This document shows positions 1 to 12,250 of a stretch of DNA of 64,000 nt, piece after piece; positions within the stretch are counted from its first letter, which is position 1; every line of letters starts with the position of its first letter. Source of the stretch: Octopus vulgaris (lineage: Eukaryota); contig OX597815.1 in NCBI GenBank assembly GCA_951406725.2, positions 124,930,001-124,994,000 on the forward strand. Reading direction: 5' to 3'. The notes beneath the pieces are model-generated. The model was not told the DNA's origin. It made no database searches and saw only the letters and a list, made by a program, of their open reading frames with translations. The position numbers and the translations under genes were made by a program.

Positions 1-410
1 ACGACCATTGGCGCACCCATTCCAGCGGATAGCTTGTAGATGATTTTAGCGACAATTTCATGACGCATTGGATAAGTAGTACCTTGCAGGTATTTTGAAC
101 TGATGATCTGTAGATATTTTCCACACTACTGTGGCACAAGCGACACTTTGTATTTCATGTGAAGGTCTATATACTGCCTTTCCTCTCTTATTGATCAATT
201 ATTAAAAAAAAATAACTCCTGTTTCTGGGCATCAAACCTATAACCATCTAAAGGAGATGTGATGTACCCATCACTGATCCAAGATCTTCTCTATCTTGCA
301 GTATATGTACACATGTAAAACTTTCTGCTGATACAATAACTGTCTCTCTTCCACATTTCTGCCTTAGCAGGCTTATCCATCTACGCTTTGTTCACATATA
401 GTATTTTCGT
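1..410 (-). mobile_element. Degenerate R4/Dong-type RLE non-LTR retrotransposon fragment (CCHC + RHD/E region)
   Basis: Minus strand reads KCRLCHSSVENI..IISS..RYYL.MRHEIVAKIIY with frameshifts, matching the CKLCGVYSEDITHIISRCP..RYYLLMRHDVVART motif of the copy at 50060-51960. It abuts (TATG)n. Confidence 0.7.
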
Positions 411-424
411 TGTTAAATACACCA

Positions 425-505
425 TGTATGTATGTATGTATGTATGTATGTATGTATGTATGTATGTATGTATGTATGTATGTATGTATGTATGTATGTA
501 TGTAT
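425..505. repeat. (TATG)n microsatellite
   Basis: Direct reading. Confidence 0.97.
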
Positions 506-1468
506 GAGTGTATGTAATGGATGGATGGCAGTAGACTGGGATGTATGTATTTTTGTATTTATGTTTGAACGCGTTGAAATATATATTGGGCGTCCTGACA
601 GCTTAATCTGTAAACTACTCGAATGATAGCCGAGAGGTGTGTGCTCGACACTCAACACGTTATCTACACTAATTCCTACATCATAAAGTTTTCACTATCT
701 GGTTTAGGTGCGCGCGCGCGTGTGAGAGCAAGAGAGAGTTAGTAATGTACGAGTTTTGTGTTCACATCTCAGCTATAAAGACCAATTAACTGTAACGCCA
801 GTTGATATCGTTCAACATCCATCCTCCTCATTAGAAGATGGGCTTCAACATTAATTAACTAAAGATTGTCAATGAAAATTTATATCCTTTGCTTAATAAA
901 AAGTCGTAATATCGAATAACTTTATCAGTTTCCTTGAAGCAATCAGTTAATGGGGTGCTTCTTCTAATGGACCTATTTTGTATCAAGTGTGTGTAAATAA
1001 TAGAAGAGGCTACATTTCTAAATAAATACGAAAGATAAACGCAATTTGTGTAGTCCCAAAACTCTTCTGCTGCTGCTTGACTAGAAATTTCGTAAGTGAA
1101 TTGTACATTTAGACGTTTGTGGTTAAATTTAAGGAATGTTAGAACTCTTTTAAGGATGCATATTTGAAAGAGGTTTTGATAATCTAGTGTTAAAATCACT
1201 GAGCTACAAGTACATTGTTTCCTTCCAAAATTGTGAGAAAATAAAAAAATACAATTTTTAGCCATCCCATGCTACATTATGACTCGGAAAATTGTTCTAC
1301 AGCAAGAAATTTGAGGGTATTGCTTCAAGTAAACTATCCTATATCCATATAGGAGATGAAATGAAGTGCTGCGTAGTTCATGCTTTTTCAAATAATATCA
1401 CCAATGTACGGGAACATTTTCAGAAATCTGGAGCTAGCATCCTATCAGTGATGTAATTGGCATAGATG

Positions 1469-1684
1469 CTCTTTCTATAATAAATGCAAAGCCTGAAATT
1501 ATTAGGGAGCGGGCAGTCTACCTCATCGTCCGTGGTGCTCAAATGATTCTTATTTTATCGACGCTGAAAGGATGAAAGGCAAAGTTGGCCTCGATGAGAA
1601 TTTGAACTCAGAACATAAAGCTAGAAGAAATGCTGCTAAGCATTTTGTTCAGCGTAGTAACGACTCCAGCAGCTCACAGCCTTA
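1469..1684 (-). mobile_element. tRNA-derived SINE family A, diverged copy
   Basis: Reverse complement of the family consensus (ggcggcgagctggcagaatcgttagc...gttctgagttcaaattccgccgaggtcgactttgcctttcatcctttcggggtcgataaa). TSD ttggcatagatg at 1457-1468 and 1688-1699. Confidence 0.85.
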
Positions 1685-1737
1685 TAGTTGGCATAGATGT
1701 TATAGATCAAAATCACACAGTATGTGAAGTTTTAGTT

Positions 1738-1777
1738 GCCTCGGTAGCGCAGTAGGCAGCGCGTCACCCTCAAAATC
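1738..1777 (+). pseudogene. 5' half of an elongator tRNA-Met-like sequence (truncated tRNA pseudogene)
   Basis: GCCTCGGTAGCGCAGTAGGCAGCGCGTCACCCTCAAAATC closely resembles the metazoan tRNA-Met 5' half (GCCTCG.TAGCGCAGTAGG.AGCGCGTCAGTCTCATAATC, recalled from memory). No T-arm or 3' acceptor strand follows. Confidence 0.7.
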
Positions 1778-4455
1778 AAGCAATCACTTTTATGTTTATA
1801 CATAGTACTAATGATACACTGCCCCGAGCTAATTGAATATATTCTTTCAAAAATTGATTTGTACGTTCTAAATGTATCACTTTACAAACTAACTAAACTG
1901 TATGCAACCTTAAACACTTTTGCTATGTTTAACTGTGAAAAATTTGTCAAGCTAGAACGTTTTTATAAAACCATTCTCGGAATTCTACGGCAAATGCAAA
2001 TCGGAATTTTGGTGTCATACTTTTAAAATAATACAAGAATAATCTCTAAATGGAAGACTGTCAAATACTTCTGGGCGTAAACAGAATTTTACTATTGTAG
2101 TAAACTGATTTTCCACATATCTTTTTCATAAGGTATAAATCTCTAAGCGATTATAACTCTGTAAATCTATATAGCTTTATACTTAAGCCACTATATTATT
2201 TTATAAAGCTTACTGTCTTACCCAAGAAAGTATAAGTACGCCGTAACTCTAGATATGTATTCACTATTTACGTTATCTATATGTTCTTGATATATCTGCC
2301 GTAATTATAATATATAACAAGTTTATGTGACATTGTATCAGTAATGATTCGATGGGGGAAGATTTAACGATTTTGATGGATCTAAGAGGCCAGAACATTA
2401 TCCAACTGTATGTATAGGCACTGGAAACAACAATTAGGATAACTCGCTCGGGGTCACACAATACTGGGACTGGCAAACTGAATATTTATCTTCTATTGAC
2501 TCGACTAGTTAGTACGCACAAAAAAGTATTCATTTCACGTGTAGACATACATACATACCGACACACAACCATATACGTTAACATGGGTAGTGATAGGAAT
2601 TTCTATGAAAATAGATCGGCTAAATATTTCAGATAAGCCCATTCTTATCATAAAAGAATGGAAAACATTTCACTGATTCTTGTCTTTAACAAAAGTGTTT
2701 ACAAAACTAGTAAATGTCTGAATAAAGCTTTTTTGTTTCAAGTGATATTTTTGGAGACATAAACAGTTTCAAACCAGATAACCTGTGCTGATTTATTAGG
2801 ATTCCCATGTTTGATATCATTACAAGTAACAAAAAGAATAAAAAGGGATTCAGAAAAGAATGTGCATGAATGACATTATCATGCAAGATCTTGCAAGTTA
2901 TTGTCGTCAAAATGTTCTTGGTGTTTGATAATGAAAAAAAAAAGTTTTTAAATAAGATGACTACTTCATGCCTTATTTGTAGTGAGTCAAGATATGGTGG
3001 TGGCAGTCATATGTAGGAGATTATCTTCAAACATGAAAGAGGCAAGACTTAATATGACGATTACTTTCAGGGCGTAGTCGAAATTAGTAAATTTCCTTGC
3101 ATAAGTTTATGTCGCAGCTTTACGTCATAATACTGGGGAAAAACTACAGTTATTAAGGCTTGTCCAATGCGAAATAATAGCGTAGATTACTTATTATACT
3201 GGCAAATCATGATTTTTTTATTTCATATCTGCCACAATCATTCCACTGTATGTCTTAGAAAAGACAATTTTTACATGCCTCATTTCACTTAACTGCTAGG
3301 AAATCTGATGGGATTAAAAAATATATCACGGCAACAGTATGCCAATCTACCCCAGTTAACCCTACAAAATTTACGACTAAGTGGTAGTAAAAAAGTATGG
3401 TTTGTGTGGGTGCATATGGGCGTATATATATGTGTATGTATGTATGTATGAATGTATGTATGTATGTGTGTGTGTATGTGTGTGTGTGTGTGTATACACT
3501 TCTGCAGTAGCAGTGACCACATCTCGGATAAACGCCTGAACAATCATTTGTTCTGTATAATTACAGACATCTATAAACACTCTCTGAGTCTCCACGATTA
3601 GTAACTAGTAACTATGTCCCCGTGCTCAGACTGAATATCATCACATATGCTTGTTAACCCGTAGCTGGATCTCTGACAGGTGCTGCGACTACGGACCAGA
3701 GTAGACATGGGAACAGTAATGGCTAAGAGGTAGTTCCACGCTCCTCTAAACCCTGAAACTCCCGAACCAGAGCTCCACTACTAGATGCAGTTTAGTAATA
3801 CTCGGGACACACATACACACATATCTTGAAAAATTCTCTGTAGTAATATTGAATTTCTTACATATTAATTTTATTAGAAGTCTAAATATTTGTAATCAAA
3901 AGCAAAACTGAAATTGTATTAAGTTCTTTTTAAAGAGTATTTTAGCGTGCAAGACAAGGGAAAGGTCTGACAGTATTTCTAAACAGAACTGAATTTCATA
4001 CGTAGTTCGCCTGGTGTTTATCTAAGACTTTAAAAGTGCTTAGTTCTAAAGTTCTTACATAGGAGTAAAGTATAAAATCTCTAGAAAAGAAATAAAACTG
4101 GAATTTATGACGTAAAACCTTTTTACTGGAATAATAACCAGTTAAGAAATGTGAAATGGCAATCCCTGACGAAGGCTCATATCAATGGGAGTTTTTATGA
4201 TGATTCCCAGTTTATTGAAAGCGAAGAGATATGATGACTGTATTTTAAATTCATGTCTTTACCAAAAAATTCATTTAGAGGATGGGTGACAAGAATGGAT
4301 TCAACCGTAATCGAAACCGGACTACAGTCTTAAGTTCACTGGACGTTTACTTCTATTCTGTAGCACGTGTTTACTAGTAAAGTTAAGTGTGGTCACCGCA
4401 ATGAACATATTTTTACGCGGTTCAGCTAAAATCTGTTTCTATTAATCATATCGCG

Positions 4456-4670
4456 AAAGCGGTGAGCTGGCAGAATCGTTAGCACGCCGGACAAAATGTT
4501 TAGAGTCATTTCGTCCGTCTTTACGTTCTGAGTTTGAATTCTGCCTAGGTCGACTTTGCCTTCCACTATTTCGGGTTCGATAAAATAAGTACCAGCCAAG
4601 CACAGGGGCCAATGTAGTCCACTATTCCCTCCCACAAAATTTCAGTCATTGTGCCGATAATATAAAAAAA
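4456..4670 (+). mobile_element. tRNA-derived SINE family A
   Basis: A-box-like gagctggcagaatcg, B-box-like gagtttgaatt, core ttcgggttcgataaaataagtacc shared with other copies in the window. Confidence 0.88.
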
Positions 4671-4964
4671 AAAATTAATCATATTTCCAATGTTCTTGTC
4701 AGATCCAAATTTTTTATTGCTCACTCTTAGAAATATGCATGATCTATACTCGTGTAAAATAATCATATTTACAATATCACCGAGATTTTAAAGTGAAAGT
4801 AGAAAAATATTTGTGCGATTGGTACTATAAAAAGTGCTGGTGAGATGAAAATTTAGTTTCCCTTGAGTAGATAATGTAATATTCACAAAACACAAAAGGG
4901 TGTAATGCACGTCACCGACAGAAAGTACATCGCTTTAATGTATAACAACCCTGTGTTTTCTTTA

Positions 4965-5140
4965 GCCTACTTGTAAATCCATTACTGCTGTGTGGCATAT
5001 TGTATTGTGGTGTATATTATATATTGCATTGGGTATAGTATATCAATATTGCATATCCATTATTACTATAGTGTGCCAATATTGTATATTCATTATTGCT
5101 ATAGTGTATCAATGTTGTATATCCTTTGTTGCTATAGTGT
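4965..5140. repeat. Degenerate ~33-bp minisatellite
   Basis: Unit approximately tatagtgtatcaatattgtatatccattattgc, 4-5 diverged copies. Confidence 0.65.
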
Positions 5141-5144
5141 AAGA

Positions 5145-5299
5145 CAGTGTTTCTCAATCTTAAAATAAATTACATATCTCAAGGAACCCCTGCACATAAA
5201 ATATACACCATATCTTTCTCATATTTTTTCATCGTAGTTCACGTGGTAAATATGTTTTGCAAACAACTTATATATGATAGTTACCACATGTGTGTGTGT

Positions 5300-5361
<62 letters not shown>

Positions 5362-5535
5362 TTATACTTTTTGATAACATAATAGGTTAGATAGGATGAT
5401 GTCTATATTACAATAACCAATAATATGTTGTGCATGTTTAGTAATATTACAATCATGAAATTAGCGTAAGCTTATCTCACTCTTTCTCGTGGAATCCCTA
5501 GGAACCTTTTGCGGAACCCCGGTTGAGAAACGCTG
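5145..5535. mobile_element. Non-autonomous hAT (Charlie-like) MITE
   Basis: TIRs cagtgtttctcaa / ttgagaaacgctg, subterminal ggaaccc motifs, 8-bp TSD gtgtaaga (5137-5144) / gtgtaagg (5536-5543). Confidence 0.85.
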
Positions 5536-5539
5536 GTGT

Positions 5540-5762
5540 AAGGCGACGAGCCAGCAGAATCACTCGCACGCCGAAGAAAATACTTAATGGCATTACGTCT
5601 GGCTCTTTACTTTCTGCTTTCAAATTCCGCCGAGATCGACTTTGCATTTCATGTTTTCGGGATCTATAAGATAAGTACCTGTTGAGGACTGGGGTCGATG
5701 TAATCGACTAAACCCCTCCCACATAATTTTGGGTTTTGAGCCGATAGTAGAAAGGATTATTG
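5540..5762 (+). mobile_element. tRNA-derived SINE family A
   Basis: Full-length match to other family A copies. Confidence 0.88.
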
Positions 5763-5867
5763 TCATAGTGATTAAAGTATCATAGTGTATAATATATATG
5801 GTAGTGTATATGCAGTATTTCCATCGGGTATATTGTATTATAGTGTATATGATAGATTGTATATTGC

Positions 5868-6074
5868 AAGGCGGCGTGCTGGCAGAAACGTTAGCACGCC
5901 GGGCAAAATGCTTAGTGGTATTTCGTCTGTCTTTATGTTCTGAGTTCCAATTCCGCCGAGGTCAACTTTGCCTTTCATCCTTTCGGGGTCGATAAATTAT
6001 GTACCAGTTGCATACTGGGATTGATCTAATCGACTGGTCCCTCCCCGAAAATTTTGGGCTCTAGAAAAGATTAT
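5868..6074 (+). mobile_element. tRNA-derived SINE family A, young copy
   Basis: ggcggcgtgctggcagaaacgttagc...gcctttcatcctttcggggtcgataaa. The central core resembles the MetaSINE domain (from memory). Confidence 0.9.
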
Positions 6075-6534
6075 ATTGTATATATATATATATATAGTTG
6101 TTATAATGTATGTTGACTTGACATAGTTCATAAAGTAGTGTTGCAATACACGTCTACAGTATCTTAAAAGCTATGCTAATCAAGTACTTACCTCTAATGT
6201 AAAGCGCTCGTACTTTTTATTTGCAGAAAATGAAGAGAATAAAACAACAAATACTTATCTGTTTTTACTACACATAAGTCTGGGATAAATATCCTGTTGC
6301 AGTTCTGGTCTATAAAATAAGCATAAAACATTATTGTTTTGCTTTAATCTACTTTGTACAACCATTAGAAATGTGTATGGCATATTTGTTACAGAGACTT
6401 GCAGATAGTTGAGTATGTACGAAATCGGTTTACTAGTCGAATCGGAAAACTATTACAGCCGGTATATTGTGGCCATAGCAAAAACACTTAACTCTCTACA
6501 CTTCGTTTAATTATTAAAAAAATTATAAATATGG

Positions 6535-6579
<45 letters not shown>

Positions 6580-6902
6580 CATTAAAAAATGTACAAAATC
6601 AATGTATAACTTGTGCATTTCGTTCACTTGCACTAAAACTGAGCTAAAACTTAGCATGGGAGACATAGCTTCATATGATTTGCCTTAGATATATTACACG
6701 AAGACGAAGTCTTCACTATTCGCCATACCAGCCTGAGAATAATGGGACATACCAGTTTTCACAGTTTGTTTTAGGAGTATAATGGCAATTGGCTCAAATT
6801 TCTCAGCCGAATACAAAATTACTGAAAGCGTTATTAAAGTGGTTTTGGTTGTGTGTCGTTTTATGTCAACATGCCTTTTGTGCGTGCGTACGTGTATGTG
6901 TG

Positions 6903-6906
<4 letters not shown>

Positions 6907-6976
<70 letters not shown>
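6907..6976. repeat. (GT)n microsatellite within a CA/TA-rich low-complexity tract
   Basis: Direct reading. Confidence 0.97.
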
Positions 6977-6978
<2 letters not shown>

Positions 6979-7367
6979 TTCTTTCCTTAGTTATGCATGT
7001 CTACACGTCTGCGTGGATACGAATGTACAAATATATGCATATATACATTCATATGTTAGAGAGTATATGCATACATGATATATATATTTGTGTGTGTGTG
7101 AGTGTATCTTTATGTATGTATTTTTGTGTTCACAAACACACATACATATACATATATACATATTTCTACATGTGTTTACCGCTCAAGTGTGTTTGCATGT
7201 GTCTAATATGTGTGTATGTGTGTTGTTTTCTTTGTGCATGTGTAATGTGTATCTCTATTTTCTCACAAAACGCTTTGCTCTAATTTCCTTTTTCTTTTTT
7301 TCTCGTCTACTCCGTTCCTTTTCATGTTTGCTATTGCTTTTCTTTATTTCGCAATCTTTCCCGCTTT

Positions 7368-7518
7368 TTTTTTACGTTCTGAATTCAAATTCCGCCAAGG
7401 TCGACTTTGCCTTCATCGTTTCGGGGTCGATAAATTAAGTACTAGTTGCGTACTGAGGTCAATCTAATCGACTGGCCCCCTCCCTAAAAATGTCGGGCCT
7501 TGTGCTTGGAGTAGAAAA
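7368..7518 (+). mobile_element. 5'-truncated SINE family A with 16-bp TSD
   Basis: TSD caatctttcccgcttt at 7352-7367 and 7519-7534. Confidence 0.92.
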
Positions 7519-7957
7519 CAATCTTTCCCGCTTTCTATCAATGAGAATTCCATTCTATATAATTCAAGCGTTTAACAGAACAACGGAAAAGTAAACGCAT
7601 TCATTTCATCGCATTTTCAAACGCTCGTTTATTTTTATCTTATCACTTGCATTATAATGTATGCATGTGTATATACATACACACATTTGTACATGTATAT
7701 ATATATATATATGAACGTACATGTATATATATATGTGTGTGTGTGTATACATGTGTGTGTGTGTATACACACACATATATGTATGTATGTGTGTGAGTGT
7801 AGATATGTATGTGTGCATGTATGGACGTATGTATCAGATAAGAGTAATTCAAACGATAAGACAAGAAAATATTGCAATATACACGTGTGTGTTAAAGAAA
7901 ATGAGACAACAAAGCCAAGGCTGTGTGGAGTTTTCAGGACATTTATAAAGAGAAAGT

Positions 7958-8009
7958 TAGTCTTACAGCTGTTTCTGAGATATTAGGAATATCCCTTCAT
8001 CAGAGACTA
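7958..8009 (-). ncRNA. Minimal type I hammerhead ribozyme (Penelope pLTR-type)
   Basis: Minus strand: tagtct-CTGATGA-a-gggatatt-cct-aatatctc-a-GAAA-c-agct-g-TA-agacta. 6-bp stem I, 8-bp stem II, palindromic short stem III, GUA site, and an A/A mismatch at the base of stem II. Confidence 0.75.
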
Positions 8010-8059
8010 TGTGACATAGTTACCCGCCACCTTGGATCTTCTGGATACCAATACCGCTC

Positions 8060-8156
<97 letters not shown>
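8060..8156. repeat. Compound (TCTA)n(TCTG)n microsatellite
   Basis: Direct reading. Confidence 0.95.
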
Positions 8157-8157
<1 letters not shown>

Positions 8158-8319
8158 ACACACTTATATATTAAAATAAACATATATTCATATAAAGTTA
8201 AAGTTTCCTAGACGTAGCACCTTGTCTCTAGTTAAAAACATGAGTACAACACTTAGAACAAAGATGGAGCTATTAGAAAAGCCTTTTTCGCGGCATCTTA
8301 AGCAAATGTCTTTTCCTAT

Positions 8320-8377
8320 ATTCTAGGGCTGACCGAATCCATGCTAGACAGAAACTAAAAGAAGCCCGTCATATATA

Positions 8378-8417
<40 letters not shown>

Positions 8418-8635
8418 TGCGTGTTTATGTGTGTGTGTGTGTGTGTGTGCGTGTGTATGTGTGTGTGTGTGTGTGTATTTTGTCTTTGTATTTATTCCCC
8501 ATTACACAATAAGTTTCAGGTTTAGAAAAACAATAAGTACAGGGGTCGATCTGTTCGACTAAACCTATCAAGGCGGTGCCCCAGCATGGCTACAGTCCCA
8601 TGACTGAAACAAATAAATGGAGATAAAAGAAAAGA
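8320..8635 (+). mobile_element. Partial, diverged SINE family B
   Basis: agacagaaactaaaagaagcccgtc, internal (GT)n, and 3' ggggtcgatctgttcgactaa..ggcggtgccccagcatggc match the copy at 13184. Confidence 0.75.
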
Positions 8636-8702
8636 TAATATAATCTGGCATTGTCAGCTAGAAACTGTGTCGTAAAAGTCGAAATGTTGCTAAACTCAAA
8701 TT

Positions 8703-8906
8703 TTTCTTATATACGCACAAAGCCTGCAATCTTTGATGATGGGGCTAGTCGATTGCATCGACTCCAGTGCTCAACTGATACATATGTTATCGACCCCGAA
8801 AAACAAAGTTGATCTCGGCGGAATTTGAATTCAGAATATAAAGACAGACGAATTATCGTTGAGCATATTGACCGGCGTTCTAACTATTTTGCCATTTCGT
8901 CGCCTT
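8703..8906 (-). mobile_element. SINE family A, diverged
   Basis: Reverse-complement match (ttatcgaccccgaaa..ctcggcggaatttgaattcagaa..gtcgcctt). Confidence 0.82.
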
Positions 8907-9390
8907 TATGTCATTAAATTTAACCATCATTTCAATGTAAAACTCATATCAAAATAATTATACCCATCCATAATTTAACATTAAATCGAAAATTTGGTAA
9001 ATTATTGTTTTGCTAAACAATTCACATGCTTCGATTGTCTTAGAAATTTAAAAGTTTAGATTTTAATTTAATCTTTAATTAAAAAAAAGAAAGTACTAAT
9101 GAAAATAACTAAATGGTCTTATATTTGTGTTAACAATGGTTTCTGCAACTTTTGTAAATGTTCCTTATAATATGAATTATCGTGTGATGAATAGCATAAA
9201 AAATGAAATTAAAACTATCTCGTACGATAAAAAGCGGTGAAGCAGACCTAATAAATCCAGTCGTATATCCCTTTCCCGCCTCTGTTAATTATTTGTTACA
9301 TTAGTTACATCAAAGTAATGATAAAAATCTGGTCCTCATCACTGTCTGCCAATGCCATCTTCAACCCATCACTCCCTCATTTTCTCTCTT

Positions 9391-9434
<44 letters not shown>

Positions 9435-12038
9435 TCGATTGCTCGTTCACTTTGGCGTCAAGTGGACAAAAACATACAAGCGTGTCAGCATGTATGCCCT
9501 GATACACCTTCATTCGCACGCACGCACACACATGCACATACACGTACACACACATACACACATACACACACACACGCAAACACATACACATACATCACAC
9601 ACTCTAGCACAATGTCTCATGTATAACTTATATATCGTTAATTACCAGAAGTGTTACAGAGATATGGCCATAAGTGAACATTCCTTAATAACTAATTAGA
9701 CCAACTTGAAATTAATTGCAAAACTACATACCGTTCTATCACTTTCCTAAAACCTATAATTTTTCAAATAATCTTTCTCTTAACCTACAATTAATATATT
9801 TGTCCTCTTTGATTCTATTGGAAGCTCTGATTTAAAGAAACATTCTTGTAAAAAATATTTCATTTCTGGAAACTTATTATTGTGGCCGTGATATTTTGAT
9901 ATTTTCAGTAGCCCAGTTCTTCAGGCTGTTAAAAAGATCCACCGGTAGGCAATATTTACAGCTGCTAGCTTATGCCTTTCGTAGTAGTATAGAGGTAATA
10001 CAAGCAAATTGTCCCACATTTTTATAAATCTTATTTTATTGTAAGTTTACTGATCATAGAAAAATAACATTATATCATTGTATCTAATTAAGCCATTTGC
10101 TTTGCTATTAATCAACGATTATCCAAGTCCCTCAACTGTTAAACTGTTTCTTTTATGAATGGGAAATCTAACGCATAAATGTAATAAAAAAGCGGGGAGG
10201 GCAGAACTCAGGAATTTCAATAATTGTGACTAATGCCAACTTCTTGTGATTTGCATTAATCAGATTTTAAATGATTGTTTTTGTGTTGGAGGAATTTTTA
10301 AAAATCTATCTTGAAAAGAGGTCAGCGTTATGTTACAGGCGGCGTGCTACAAAGACTCTGTGTCTATAAAGAAACAGTGTCTTTAAATATTTGTTATGAG
10401 CTTTTGCTATCAACTTGTGCCGAGCTATCATTAGTATTAATGGTTACAAATCGTCTTGCAGTTTTCTAAAGAAGATCAGCATTTGATATTGCTTTTAAAG
10501 ACACACCAATAGTTACTGTTAGTAGTTTATTCTTTACCAGCTATAGATCCATTGAATTAATCAGTTCGCTAACTTATTATTTTCCGGTTAGAGATACATT
10601 TAATCAATGGGTGCCTGAAGGAAAAGCAACTTGCACCTATTATACAGAATACGAAGTAACTGTAGACATATTAATAAACACGAAATTCTGTCTGTCTGGA
10701 ACCCCTGTATCGTAATCTACATTTGCTCTACATAGACATATTATACCTTTTTAGAATCAGGATGGCCCCGGGATTGGAAATCTGCCCTTCATTTGGTTCT
10801 TGAACATCCAGCATTGGGATCTGATTTAAAAGCATTTAGGTAGCTATTTCTAACAGGTAAAGCTTGGCTGATTCACGCCATCTTGGTTGGCGTTTATCAG
10901 ATGACGTCAAAGATAAAGGGGGAGATAAAAAAAAATTCGCTTTGTTAATTTTACGTCGAGATAAGAACTTTGGATCAAACTGGCCAACAGTTGGTATTCA
11001 ACTAGTGACTGGAAAAAGAATCATTGCATTACAGAAATAATCCTCATCCGTTCTTAACATCTGATGAAACACCACCGGGGCATATAGACATTATAGACGT
11101 ATTATAGTGGTGCTATTAGTTGTTTGTTTTAGGCCGCAGGCTCATTTAGCCCTCCGCGGGAGCTAGCTTAAAAGTCCGCGCGGAGTGAGGCTTTTAAGCA
11201 AGTAAATAAATAAATGAATAATATTCATTTCATAGAATAAGAAATCAAAATATAATTAAATGATAATTACGGTTTAAACTCACATATTTCTAGTTAAAAA
11301 AATGTTTATTCTAAATGATTAAAAGAAGTTGCATATATCTATGTAATGTAAGAATCTGGGTGGAGAAAAATAATATAGCAACGATACTAATTTAGTAGTG
11401 CTGCAATTCGTTGACAGTATGTAAAGTATTATGGAAAGAAATTTGGACGCATGGTGGATATTAGCGTTTCAGTTTTAACGACATAATGCACAAACGATAA
11501 CAGGGATTACAAAACAGTAGATGGGAAAATGTATGAATATTCGTGTGCATGTATTTAAATTTACAAATACAACCAGTGTTATACCTAAACATACAGATTC
11601 TACCAGCAATAAATCTCAAAACCAATTAGGTCTTTCCGATATTCTCTACCTTGTAGAACTGAATATTACAGTGGTAAACTAATCAAAATTAACCTCATTA
11701 AACTTTACTAATAAACAAATTACTAAGAAAGGTGCTCGTTTTAGCCAATTATTCGAGTTAACCATTTATTGTATACATGAACGATATTGGAAAAATATCC
11801 ACTAGACGCTGAATATGAATTCAAGTAGTAAACTAATTACAGAAAATACTGTAAACATTTTATGAATGTATAAAGTTTGCAAATATATATATCTAAAAAG
11901 ACTAATCGTTATTACAGTATATAAAATAAAGCGTAAATACGGTAAGTTGTTAATTTCATATACATAGAGTGGATGAGCTTCAAATGGTAGAGACTAGGAT
12001 AGAGGTAGAAGTGATAACTCGTCGTTATTATTTAGTAG

Positions 12039-12250
12039 AAAGGCGGCGAGAATCGTTAGCAGGCCGGGCGAAATGCTTAGCGGCATTTCGTCTACTGCTA
12101 CGTTCTGAGTTCAAACTCCGTCAAGGTCGACTTTGTCTTTCATCCTTTCGGGGTCGATAAATTAAGTACCAGTGAAACGCTAGGATCGATGTAATCGACT
12201 AGTCCCCAGCCCCAAATTTCAGGCCTAGTGCCTATAGAAGAAAGGATTAT
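12039..12250 (+). mobile_element. SINE family A
   Basis: Match to family consensus with a small 5' deletion. Confidence 0.88.

Noticed and set aside
855-1265. 136-aa ORF as a host gene
   Set aside because: No recognisable motif or splice structure, so it cannot be supported.
11061-11075. Isolated CTGATGA motifs (also ~55768 and ~62770)
   Set aside because: No flanking stems or correctly placed GAAA and NUH.
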